DNA of 64,000 nt from Minisyncoccota bacterium (GCA_041674185.1 JBAYWE010000001.1:893-64892), one strand, 5' to 3'; positions 19,806-28,449 are shown, counted from the stretch's first letter. Notes: generated by a model from the letters alone, not told the origin. Numbers and translations are program-made.

Positions 19806-20927
19806 TTACAACGTCACTTGAACTTGAGAAACAAGGCTGTGTGTAGTCGTCACAACTTCTTTTCCATGAGCAACTATATACATACCCTTTTTATCATTAA
19901 TAACTCGCTGAAGGTGCGGAATAATTCTTTCTTCTAAAAGCACTATAAGCGATTGGAATGAGTTTAGTGGTCCTCGCAAAGAAAACGGCGAATCATCCAT
20001 TCCCAGAAATCCCTGGTCAAATAAATATAAAACCTTTAAAAAATAGCGGGATTGATAATGAAATGCCTCAGAAATTTTACTATCAATAATTCGTTTTCTA
20101 TGCTCTTTCTTAAATTCTTTATCATCCTCAAGTTTAAAGAGGTTAATAAGATCTCCTTGTGAATCACGTTCGCGAAGATGCTTCCTCACAAGATCTTGAA
20201 ATTTCTTAACCGGATAATCTTGTAAGACAGCAGACACAAACCAGTCACGCAATTCTTGTCCACGAATTCTATGATCACGCAACCTTCCTAATTCACAGGC
20301 AACGCCAAAAGAAATGACATTATTTTCAGTTGCGGTTTGAATATACCGAGGGACGTTTGTGAATCGTAATGCCTGTTTTATCGTCTCAGGGGATTTCATC
20401 ATTATCCGAGAAAATTCAGCAAGAGACATGTCCTTTCTTTTATAGAATCGAAAGCATCGCGTGATGAACAAAGCTTCTTCATCTGGACGGACTGGGTCAC
20501 GCACGTTTTCAGATATTTGTAACTTGATAGCCTCCTCAGCTGAAATACCCACGCATAAAACAGCTTTAATACGATTTCTAAATTCTTTATCGTATCTTCC
20601 TTGTTCAATAAGTAATCGGGTAGCTCGAAGACGTCGTTCTCCCGCGATTAAAAAACAGTATTGTCCCTGATACAAAACGAACTGAGAATCATCAAGGTGG
20701 GTCTTAAATATCTCGCTAAAATGAGCAATGTATTTTTTCATCTCACGATAGTCGAGACAAGCAACCGTAACAGCATTAATGAGTCCATGTTCAAAAATAT
20801 TTTCCGCAAGACTAGGGATATTTTCAAATATTTTACGTATTTGCGGAAGTACATTAATTTTGAATAGAGACAGAAAGACATCCTGAGTCTTATATTGCTT
20901 TGATTTGTACTCCATGAGTTCCTCCAC
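19806..20927 (-). CDS. ParB-like nuclease domain protein
   Basis: ParB/Srx N-domain motif LIAGERRLRATRLL. 373 aa with an uncharacterised C-terminal half. Confidence 0.55.
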   Translation of the reverse strand: MEELMEYKSKQYKTQDVFLSLFKINVLPQIRKIFENIPSLAENIFEHGLINAVTVACLDYREMKKYIAHFSEIFKTHLDDSQFVLYQGQYCFLIAGERRLRATRLLIEQGRYDKEFRNRIKAVLCVGISAEEAIKLQISENVRDPVRPDEEALFITRCFRFYKRKDMSLAEFSRIMMKSPETIKQALRFTNVPRYIQTATENNVISFGVACELGRLRDHRIRGQELRDWFVSAVLQDYPVKKFQDLVRKHLRERDSQGDLINLFKLEDDKEFKKEHRKRIIDSKISEAFHYQSRYFLKVLYLFDQGFLGMDDSPFSLRGPLNSFQSLIVLLEERIIPHLQRVINDKKGMYIVAHGKEVVTTTHSLVSQVQVTL

Positions 20928-21046
20928 GGAATTATTATGAATAAAATTTTCAATATTTACTGCCTATACTCTGAAATAAAAGTGGGGAAAAAGCAAGTCT
21001 TATACAATAAAAAAGCCGGGGGTTCCCGGCTCTATAAACTTTACCT

Positions 21047-21328
21047 CTATTTCTTATCGCGGAATGGAATATACCCAAAAACGTCTTCAACTAATTTTTT
21101 TACCCAATTTACAACGGCCATAGAAATAGTTTCACCGCCTGCTGAAACAAGGAGATGGTCCTGACGTCCATGGTGGGGAACATCTTTCCCAATTACCCAT
21201 CCTCCACGAGATCCATCATTATGTCCAAGCTCCAACTCTTCATGGATAAAATGCTGTACACCATCCATATTCGTTGGTGGAACTATTGGATTATCAGAAA
21301 CAATAAATAATACATACACTTTTTTCAT
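21047..21328 (-). CDS. Hypothetical small protein
   Basis: 93-aa ORF co-oriented with and upstream of the ParB-like gene. No motif recognised. Confidence 0.25.
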   Translation of the reverse strand: MKKVYVLFIVSDNPIVPPTNMDGVQHFIHEELELGHNDGSRGGWVIGKDVPHHGRQDHLLVSAGGETISMAVVNWVKKLVEDVFGYIPFRDKK

Positions 21329-21436
21329 ACAACCACCTTTCTTATTTAGTTATAGTTATAAAATAAAAGTCTGTTTAGCTTTGATTTACTAAAATAACGA
21401 TAACACCAAAATATAATTGTGTCAATATTTAAAACA

Positions 21437-21549
21437 GCGGGGAGATTGGTCTCACCTCTCGTCGCGCCGTCGCAAAACACGAAATGCGGGGAGATTTCAC
21501 GTCGTTACACCACTCTTCTTTAAAAATTAGGCGGGGAGATTTCACGTCG
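21437..21549. repeat. Three degenerate direct copies of the tmRNA 3'-end segment (att-like scars): gcggggagatt at 21437-21447, gcggggagatttcacgtcg at 21486-21504 and 21531-21549
   Basis: The 11-mer gcggggagatt is the reverse complement of the tmRNA T-arm/acceptor 3' half (AAUCUCCCCGC). A fourth, genuine copy lies inside ssrA at 21718-21728. The two 19-mers are identical and 26 nt apart. Confidence 0.5.
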
Positions 21550-21673
21550 CACTTCGTGCTCTTTAGAAACCCTCGGTTTCTAACATCCTTCGGATTGTTT
21601 TCCTACACGGTGAACTACAAGTTCCCCGACCCCCTCCGATTCAATCTCCCTAACACCGTCCACTTTATTACCA

Positions 21674-21710
21674 AACAAAAACACCCAACAAGTGGGTGTT
21701 TTTGTTTGGT
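21674..21710 (-). terminator. Perfect 16-bp stem hairpin immediately 3' of tmRNA
   Basis: ccaaacaaaaacaccc-aacaagt-gggtgtttttgtttgg, abutting the ssrA 3' end at 21713. Confidence 0.45.
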
Positions 21711-21712
21711 AG

Positions 21713-22037
21713 TGGAGGCGGGGAGATTGAACTCCCGTCCATAGATATCTTCAAAAACCGTCTACACGCTTAGTTGATAAACAACAATGATTTAGTTCTA
21801 TGTTTAACCATGATCTACGAACCACTCAACCATAGCGATTCTCATATATAACACCGGTAAAATCCCTATGAGAAATCGGGGACCGATGCCTTTCATAAAA
21901 GAAAGGATAACCCGTGTTCGTTCTTAGGCAAACGCGAGAGCCATAGGTTTGGCAATTATTGGTTTGATTGGTTTACAAGACAATCGGCTTGGCATGCAAG
22001 TTTTCAAAGGAGTACCTCTGTCAAAGCGTACGCCCCC
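21713..22037 (-). ncRNA. ssrA: tmRNA (SsrA), ~325 nt
   Basis: Minus-strand 5' end GGGGGCGUACGCUUUGACAGAGG...UUGCAUGCC (matches the conserved tmRNA GCAUGCC region). 3' end GGACGGGAGUUCAAUCUCCCCGCCUCCAC(U)A has a tRNA-like T-arm and an acceptor with G3-U. Internal tag ORF GCC AAA CCU AUG GCU CUC GCG UUU GCC UAA (AKPMALAFA*) at 21924-21953. smpB is immediately upstream on the same strand. Confidence 0.75.
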
Positions 22038-22064
22038 ATATATAATTCTCAATGTCCACAGTAT

Positions 22065-22526
22065 TTATCTGCTCTTAGTGAAACGATCTATATCACGTTT
22101 TGTTTCACGTTTTTTGATGGTTTCACGCTTATCACGCTGTTTTTTACCACGCGCTAATGCTACCTCAACTTTTATTCTACCACTTTTTTCACGTATCTGC
22201 AAGGGTATGAGTGAAAATCCCTTTTCGCGTGTTTTCTCAAGTAATTCCCCTATTTCCTTCTTGTGTAACAGTAGTTTACGAGCATGGAGCGGATCATATT
22301 CTGAAGTAGTATTTTTTTCTTGGTAGGGAGTAATATGCGCATTTACCAACCACGCCTCATCTCCATACACCTTTATATATGAACCAAGAAGAGACGCCTT
22401 ACCGGTACGTATGGACTTCACCTCTCCCCCAGACAATACTAACCCCGCCTGATACGTTTCAAGAATTTCATATTCCATGCGCGCCTTTCTATTCTGTATT
22501 GATTCCATAGAAGAAGTATATCTCAT
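22065..22526 (-). CDS. smpB: SsrA-binding protein SmpB
   Basis: IQNRKARMEYEILETYQAGLVLSGGEVKSIR...LLLHKKEIGEL, a canonical SmpB. Adjacent to ssrA. Confidence 0.85.
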   Translation of the reverse strand: MRYTSSMESIQNRKARMEYEILETYQAGLVLSGGEVKSIRTGKASLLGSYIKVYGDEAWLVNAHITPYQEKNTTSEYDPLHARKLLLHKKEIGELLEKTREKGFSLIPLQIREKSGRIKVEVALARGKKQRDKRETIKKRETKRDIDRFTKSR

Positions 22527-22618
22527 GTAGGAGATAAATTGCCAGAATCTTGCTTAAAAAATAAAAACTGTATACGATATCCTTAGAAATTTTAACAACA
22601 GCCAAAGAGGAAAATAAA

Positions 22619-23164
22619 ATGAATCACTTCTTCAACAAAGAAGACTTAGATTTAAAAACTGTATTTACCCAAAGCTTAAGCACCGTTCTTAAATGGGATA
22701 ACCACAGGAAAAACGGTACGTATATAGAAGAAATCTCGAAAACCAACCTTGTTTCGTTCAACTTCTTGAAAGAATTTTTAAAGACAGCCTTAGTAGGATT
22801 ATCAATATTAGAAAAATTCTCCCTACGAAACTCTTTTGAAGGAAGCCTTGAAGGAGGAGAACAGGAAATAAAAATTCTAAACACAGATCAGCAACATGCT
22901 ATTCTTGATCTATATGAACTAGTGGGAAAAGAAAGAGAAAAAGAATTGAATTATTACAGAGAAAAGATTATTAGTCTCCTCACTATAGTTCAAATTATCC
23001 ATACCCAAATCAGAACAAAAGAAATCCCAGATGTATCTCCTTTACTCGGCGGATTGTGGTTCTGTGTTGACGAAAAAGGATTTATAGAAACTATCTCGGG
23101 ACCACAGCTTCTAGAAAAAAACATTGAAAAATTAAAACATTTCTTAGCAAAAGAGGAATTATAA
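22619..23164 (+). CDS. Hypothetical protein
   Basis: 181-aa ORF with no recognisable motif. Sits between smpB and infC. Confidence 0.35.
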   Translation: MNHFFNKEDLDLKTVFTQSLSTVLKWDNHRKNGTYIEEISKTNLVSFNFLKEFLKTALVGLSILEKFSLRNSFEGSLEGGEQEIKILNTDQQHAILDLYELVGKEREKELNYYREKIISLLTIVQIIHTQIRTKEIPDVSPLLGGLWFCVDEKGFIETISGPQLLEKNIEKLKHFLAKEEL

Positions 23165-23279
23165 GACCTCTCCCCAATCCCCGGCTTGCCGGGGATTATT
23201 ATTACCCAAAAATAGAGGTGTGTTTGACTTTTACTCGCATAAAATGGTATTGTTTTGTGGTAAGTAACGTTTAAAACAT

Positions 23280-23792
23280 ATTATTATAAAACGAGTAAAC
23301 ATCAACGAGCAGATACGAGCAACGCAACTGCGCGTCATAGATGATCAAGGACAAAATATTGGCGTAATTTCACGTGAAGAAGCGCTTGCACTCGCGCGGG
23401 AAAAAGGACTCGATTTAATCGAAGTAACCGCAACCACGAATCCTCCGATCGCAAAACTGATTAGTTATGATAAGTTTCGCTATCAACAGGAAAAAGAGTA
23501 CAAAAAACAATACGCGAGTCAGAAACAAACTGATTTAAAACAAGTCCGCATCACTAATCGCGCTGCAGAAAACGATTTACGCATCAAAGCAAAAAAAGTT
23601 GATGATTTTCTTGAAAAAGGACATAAGGTTGAGATTATGCTTGCGCTCCGCGGACGCGAAAAAGCAAATGAGGCATGGGCATTTGAACGATTACGATTAT
23701 TTATAAGCATGATTACCCCAGAACACAAAGTAAGTGTTGCTCCTAAAAAGGGAGGGAGAGGTATCGTTATGCAAGTTATTAAGAACAAATAA
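23280..23792 (+). CDS. infC: Translation initiation factor IF-3, probable non-AUG (AUU/AUA) start
   Basis: Frame translation ...IIKRVNINEQIRATQLRVIDDQGQNIGVISREEALALAREKGLDLIEVTATTNPPIAKLISYDKFRYQ...RGREKANEAWAFERL matches IF-3 N- and C-domains. No in-frame ATG lies upstream of the conserved N-terminus. The frame opens after TAA at 23265-67 and has ATT ATT ATA at 23280-23288. Confidence 0.75.
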   Translation: MIIKRVNINEQIRATQLRVIDDQGQNIGVISREEALALAREKGLDLIEVTATTNPPIAKLISYDKFRYQQEKEYKKQYASQKQTDLKQVRITNRAAENDLRIKAKKVDDFLEKGHKVEIMLALRGREKANEAWAFERLRLFISMITPEHKVSVAPKKGGRGIVMQVIKNK

Positions 23793-23805
23793 TTATTTTA
23801 GAAAA

Positions 23806-23988
23806 ATGAAAAAATCAATCACCACACGATTTAAAATCACCAAAACAGGAAAAGGAATGCGTCGTAAGATGGCACAATGTCATTTCAGAGCAAAGAAAAC
23901 ATCCCTCCAACAACGTCGTAAAGATGGTAATTATGTAGCAGACAAAAACGTCACGAGACGCATAAAATCAAAACCCGGAACACTCTAA
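23806..23988 (+). CDS. rpmI: 50S ribosomal protein L35
   Basis: MKKSITTRFKITKTGKGMRRK..., basic and 60 aa. Canonical infC-rpmI-rplT order. Confidence 0.8.
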   Translation: MKKSITTRFKITKTGKGMRRKMAQCHFRAKKTSLQQRRKDGNYVADKNVTRRIKSKPGTL

Positions 23989-24021
23989 ACACTAATCACT
24001 ATTTACTAATCACTAATTCAT

Positions 24022-24369
24022 ATGACTAGAGTAAAACGAGGAACGATTGCTCATAAAAAACGAGAAAAAGTCCTCAAAAAAACAAAAGGATATAAGTGGG
24101 GTCGCAAATCAAAAGAAAAGGCAGCAAAAGAAGCTCTCTTACATGCGCAATCTCGCATGTTGCGTGGACGCAAAGAAAAGAAGCGCGACTATCGCCGTGT
24201 ATGGCAAGTGCGTATTAATGCCGCGGTACGCTTAGAAGGAACTACCTACAGCAAATTTATTGCTGCACTGAAAGCAAAGAAAATCGTCATCGATAGAAAA
24301 ATTCTTGCTGAACTCGCACAAAAACATCCCGCAGCATTTAAGATGGTATACACCATGGCAATGAAATAA
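24022..24369 (+). CDS. rplT: 50S ribosomal protein L20
   Basis: MTRVKRGTIAHKKREKVLKKTKGYKWGRKS...WQVRINAAVRLEGTTYSKFIAALKAKKIVIDRKILAELA matches L20 throughout. Confidence 0.9.
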   Translation: MTRVKRGTIAHKKREKVLKKTKGYKWGRKSKEKAAKEALLHAQSRMLRGRKEKKRDYRRVWQVRINAAVRLEGTTYSKFIAALKAKKIVIDRKILAELAQKHPAAFKMVYTMAMK

Positions 24370-24389
24370 CGTTTTAAAGATCACATATA

Positions 24390-24420
24390 AAAAAACCCCG
24401 CATAAAACGCGGGGTTTTTA
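24390..24420 (+). terminator. Rho-independent terminator after rplT
   Basis: aaaaaaccccgc-ataaaac-gcggggttttt: a GC stem, a U-tract, and an A-tract upstream, so it is bidirectional. Confidence 0.7.
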
Positions 24421-24450
24421 ATATAATAGATGAGATATGAGATATTTCCC

Positions 24451-25032
24451 CTATGCTCCCTCTGTATGCTTCTGAGGTGTATGAGTTACCCGAGGGGTAT
24501 GCGTGACAGATGAGGTTTGGTGTACCCGAGAGGGGGCTTTATTTTTGGCTCCCAGAAAATCATGGGCTTGTTTTAAAACTTTTCTATTTTCATTATTTTT
24601 AGGACCCACAAATATTTGCAATGCCTCCCGATAGGTAAACCAACCATATCCTTCAAAACTTGGTTCAATACGGGGGTGTTTTTTGCTCGTTTCTGCAAGA
24701 TAATAAATAATGGTTTTAAAAACTTTCTGTCCATTTTTAAGAAATGTCCAATTTTCGTATGCTTTAAAATGATCCGCAAAACGTAAGTCGGCACGAGTAA
24801 ATCCAGTTTCTTCACGCGTTTCTCGCAATGCTGCTACAAAACTTCTCTCCTCTGCCTCTATTTTACCCCGAGGAATCTCCCATTGGTTTCTACCATGATA
24901 CAACACCAAAAAACGAGCCTCATTATTCACGCGCCTATAAATAATAACCCCAGAAGATATTTCACGCCGCTCAACACGAGGGACATGCCCAGGAGTTTTT
25001 TCCCGTATGATTTTATGATTCGGAACCATCAT
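24451..25032 (-). CDS. NUDIX hydrolase
   Basis: Nudix box GKIEAEERSFVAALRETREETGF (GX5EX7REUXEEXGU). Confidence 0.75.
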   Translation of the reverse strand: MMVPNHKIIREKTPGHVPRVERREISSGVIIYRRVNNEARFLVLYHGRNQWEIPRGKIEAEERSFVAALRETREETGFTRADLRFADHFKAYENWTFLKNGQKVFKTIIYYLAETSKKHPRIEPSFEGYGWFTYREALQIFVGPKNNENRKVLKQAHDFLGAKNKAPSRVHQTSSVTHTPRVTHTPQKHTEGA

Positions 25033-25123
25033 ATACTATAGTACGAGACTAACATAAAAAAGACTTCTTCTCAAACTGAGAAAAAAGTATAGTAAAAAAG
25101 GTCACTATGCTATCCCTAATCAC

Positions 25124-27703
25124 TTACTGAAACACAAAAGTTCCCTGTGCATCAATATCTACTTGTATCGTTGCTCCCCGATGGATTTCTCCTGATAATA
25201 TTTTCTGAGCAAATACCGCTTTGAGAGAATTATCAATAACCTTGCGAAGAGGACGCGCTCCAAACGAGGGATCATATCCTAATTCTGCAATACGATGTAC
25301 CGCTGCATCACTTATTTCCATTTGGATACCATTCGTTTCCTGCAATAACTTCTGTAATGTAGCAAGATTAAGTCGGGCAATTTGTTCTATATGTTCTTGA
25401 GCAAGAGGGCGAAACACAACGATATCAGAGAAACGATTTAAAAATTCAGGTTTAAATAATTCTGTTAATTTCTTCTTGAGTGTATCACCAAACTGAGAAA
25501 CATGCTCCCCTGCTTGAATACGCTCCTGAATAAATACTGAGTGTGCATTCGATGTTGCAATGATAATCGTATTTTGAAAATCAACCACCCGTCCGAGTGA
25601 ATCGGTTAAACGGCCATCGTCCAAGACCTGTAAGAATAAGTTTAAAATATCCGGATGGGCTTTTTCTAATTCATCAAGCAATACAAGACTATACGGATGT
25701 GCGAGTACTGCTTCAGTAAGCGAACCAGAAACACGACCATCAGGAGAACCAATGAATCGAGTGATGGATTCTTTTTGTTGATATTCAGACATATCAAAAC
25801 GCGCCATTAAGGAATCCGATCCAAAATTGATCTTTGCAAGTAATTTAGAGAGTTCAGTTTTACCAACTCCTGTGGGGCCGACAAACAAGAACGAAGCAAT
25901 AGGACCTCCGCTGCGAGAAAGCCCGCTTCTATATTGACGCAATGCTTGAGAAACAGCGGTTACTGCTTCTTCTTGATCAATAAAATGTTTGTGTATTTCA
26001 TCTTCTAAATGCAATAATTTTTCAGCCTCAATTCCAGAAACTGCATGAATAGGAATTTGGACCCGTCGTTCGACAGTCGCAATAACATCAGACCCCTTCA
26101 CGACTCGCTCTCCTCGTTGTAATATACCCGAAATAACTTCAGCTAGTAACTCTTGAGCACTCGAGGGTAATGGTTTCGCGTGAAGATATTTTGCAGCCAA
26201 TACCGCCGCTTGACGAATCGCAGAAAAATAAATAGTTACTTTGTGTTTTTTCTCCATCACCAACGCATCATAACTTAATAAACGTACCGTATCGGAGACC
26301 GATAATTCTTGTATACGAATCGATTGGAAGAGTCCTGAAATAGCGGTGTTTGATTGTATATATTCTTTTTCTTCGCGAGGATAGGTAGATCCAACCACAG
26401 GGAATATATTATTACGCAGAATAGGCATAAGTATATCTACAAGAAGAACGCCTCCTATTTGCGGTTGTGCAAGAACATGAACATCAGAAATGTATAATAT
26501 AATATTTCCTGCTCGTAGAATTTCATCAGCAACACGAGAAAGTCTCCCTGAAACATCTTCAGCAGAGGCCCCTGCAATTAATTGACTCAACGAAAGAGAA
26601 ACGACACGCCTATCAAAGAGCGATCCAGGCACTGAATCAGAAATAATCTCAAAGGCGAGGTGATACAACAATGATTCCTTCCCAACTCCCTGTTCTCCCA
26701 CAAGAAGTACATTACGATTTGTAGATCCAGACAACATATCAACCATGCGTCGATACTCATCTTCATGACCAATAAGAAACCCCTCTAACCCCATACGAGC
26801 ATACTCAGTAATATCTTCGGAAAATTCATCAAGGGTTGGGGTGGGTCGAGAGGTAAGAGTTCGATTGACTCTATGCGCATGAACACGAGATTGAGCCTGG
26901 GCAAATCCACTTAAAGAAGCGGGAATAGATGATCGTGATATAAAACCACCAAAAGCTACGGCCTCAGAAATATCAGATCCGGTAATATGAAAGAGGTCTA
27001 ATATTTTAGTGATGCGCGGATGAGAGATGTTCATTAAAGCGGCGAAAAAAGATTCTTCGTCTACGATAGGTTTACGCAACATACGGGCAATCTGAACAGC
27101 TTCTATACACACAACTCCAATACGGTCCGTAAGTTGTGCTCGATATTCGTGCGGTGCCATAGTAGAAGTAGGAGCCGACGCTTGTGGTGCGGTTTTTGTT
27201 TTTTCATATTCCTGAGAAAGTTCACGAATAAATTCATCAAAAGATATATCAAGTCGTTCAATAATAACACGGATAGGATGACGCGTTACGGCAAGTTGAT
27301 GAGCAAGCCAACACCATAAATCCCCCCCTCGTGTTTCAGTACGTTCAAGAGCAGAAAGCGTTAAGCGAAGTGTTTTTCTATTCATACAGAGAGCCACATT
27401 ATTTTGAGGCACTTGCCCCGCATATAATTCATCAAGGGTATAATGAGCTCGTCGTATATGCACAATATAATCAAGAAAGAAACAAAACAATAACATACCA
27501 AACCACTGAATACGAGAAACATCAGAAAGAAGAAATGCTATGGTTGCCCCCCACCACACAATAAGAAAAATACTCGAAATAATACGTACAAGAGAACGAG
27601 CCATGGGAGACAAAAGAAAAAGACGCCTATGAAAAGTAAACTGAGAGGGATCAATAAATGAAAATTGTTTTTTAGAAAAAATATGCATATCGAAATATAT
27701 CAC
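25124..27703 (-). CDS. Membrane-anchored Hsp100/Clp-family AAA+ protein (ClpC/ClpB-like) with degenerate D1 ATPase
   Basis: Two N-terminal TM helices. D1 Walker A GEQGVGKE (K-E instead of K-T/S) and Walker B LYISDVH (no DE). D2 is intact: GPTGVGKT, LLDELEKAH, sensor-2 GARPLRK. No long M-domain coiled coil and no IGF/LGF loop seen. Confidence 0.7.
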   Translation of the reverse strand: MIYFDMHIFSKKQFSFIDPSQFTFHRRLFLLSPMARSLVRIISSIFLIVWWGATIAFLLSDVSRIQWFGMLLFCFFLDYIVHIRRAHYTLDELYAGQVPQNNVALCMNRKTLRLTLSALERTETRGGDLWCWLAHQLAVTRHPIRVIIERLDISFDEFIRELSQEYEKTKTAPQASAPTSTMAPHEYRAQLTDRIGVVCIEAVQIARMLRKPIVDEESFFAALMNISHPRITKILDLFHITGSDISEAVAFGGFISRSSIPASLSGFAQAQSRVHAHRVNRTLTSRPTPTLDEFSEDITEYARMGLEGFLIGHEDEYRRMVDMLSGSTNRNVLLVGEQGVGKESLLYHLAFEIISDSVPGSLFDRRVVSLSLSQLIAGASAEDVSGRLSRVADEILRAGNIILYISDVHVLAQPQIGGVLLVDILMPILRNNIFPVVGSTYPREEKEYIQSNTAISGLFQSIRIQELSVSDTVRLLSYDALVMEKKHKVTIYFSAIRQAAVLAAKYLHAKPLPSSAQELLAEVISGILQRGERVVKGSDVIATVERRVQIPIHAVSGIEAEKLLHLEDEIHKHFIDQEEAVTAVSQALRQYRSGLSRSGGPIASFLFVGPTGVGKTELSKLLAKINFGSDSLMARFDMSEYQQKESITRFIGSPDGRVSGSLTEAVLAHPYSLVLLDELEKAHPDILNLFLQVLDDGRLTDSLGRVVDFQNTIIIATSNAHSVFIQERIQAGEHVSQFGDTLKKKLTELFKPEFLNRFSDIVVFRPLAQEHIEQIARLNLATLQKLLQETNGIQMEISDAAVHRIAELGYDPSFGARPLRKVIDNSLKAVFAQKILSGEIHRGATIQVDIDAQGTFVFQ

Positions 27704-28062
27704 GAACCAAAAATTCCCCTATAGATAAGAATCGCAGGAAAAAGCGCCCATACAATATAGATCCCAAAGGTTACAATTCCAGTACCCACATATAAAATTC
27801 CCCCAAAGAGAATTTTTATAAAACGATATAAGAATCCAAGCACATACCCCACAATATTACGTTCTTGATACAGAGGCTGGAATAAAAATCGCACATTAAT
27901 ACGAATGGCGAGTTTTCGCTCACACATACGCAAAAAACGCATCCATACCCCATAGAAAGCGAAAAAGCCATCTACATACCAATGACGAAAAAAGACACCC
28001 ACACGAAACACGAACGTCTTTGAGAGATATATAACGACTTGCGAGACCATTTCCATATACAT
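27700..28062 (-). CDS. Hypothetical small membrane protein
   Basis: 120 aa, hydrophobic. Its stop overlaps the clp-like gene start by 4 nt (ATGA coupling). Confidence 0.4.
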   Translation of the reverse strand: MYMEMVSQVVIYLSKTFVFRVGVFFRHWYVDGFFAFYGVWMRFLRMCERKLAIRINVRFLFQPLYQERNIVGYVLGFLYRFIKILFGGILYVGTGIVTFGIYIVWALFPAILIYRGIFGS

Positions 28063-28135
28063 AAGTATATCAAAAAACAGATAAAAATGTTATCACAAAT
28101 ATAAAACTCCTCTCTGTTTCCAATTATACATGTAT

Positions 28136-28163
28136 AAAAGACCGCCATTAAAGGCGGTCTTTT
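28136..28163 (-). terminator. Rho-independent (bidirectional) terminator
   Basis: aaaagaccgcc-attaa-ggcggtctttt. On the minus strand it is followed by TTTTAT, just downstream of the small ORF 28202..28357. Confidence 0.6.
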
Positions 28164-28201
28164 ATACAATCTTGTAATGAGAACCTTCTCATATAGAGAG
28201 A

Positions 28202-28357
28202 CTAAACCTGTTCTGGAGTTTCCTCTTGAGGAACTGCATCTAAAGCCGGAGCTTCTGTAGTAGTTACTTCTTCTTCCTTTTTTTCTTCTGTTGAAGCCAC
28301 AACGGGTTCGGTTGAACCTACAATTTCGTCAGGTACTATGTTTGTATTTTGATCCAT
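28202..28357 (-). CDS. Small acidic protein (51 aa) or small-transcript unit
   Basis: MDQNTNIVPDEIVGSTEPVVASTEEKKEEEVTTTEAPALDAVPQEETPEQV*, with its own sigma70-like promoter and terminator. Below the ORF-track length cutoff. Confidence 0.3.
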   Translation of the reverse strand: MDQNTNIVPDEIVGSTEPVVASTEEKKEEEVTTTEAPALDAVPQEETPEQV

Positions 28358-28449
28358 AATAGTATTATGTAATTATTTAAGACGGCTTACGACGATCACC
28401 TAAGTAAGATTGACCATATCACACAGTTTACAGAAAGCAAGGGTATTTC

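Noticed and set aside
21484-21744. ORF-track CDS of 86 aa (+) over the repeat region, and the possibility that the two 19-nt repeats are a mini CRISPR array
   Set aside because: The translation is low-complexity and simply reads through the repeated gcggggagatttcacgtcg units and the tmRNA 3' end and terminator hairpin. There are only two repeat units with one 26-nt spacer, no cas genes, and the repeat is derived from the ssrA 3' end. att-scar repeats are the better explanation.
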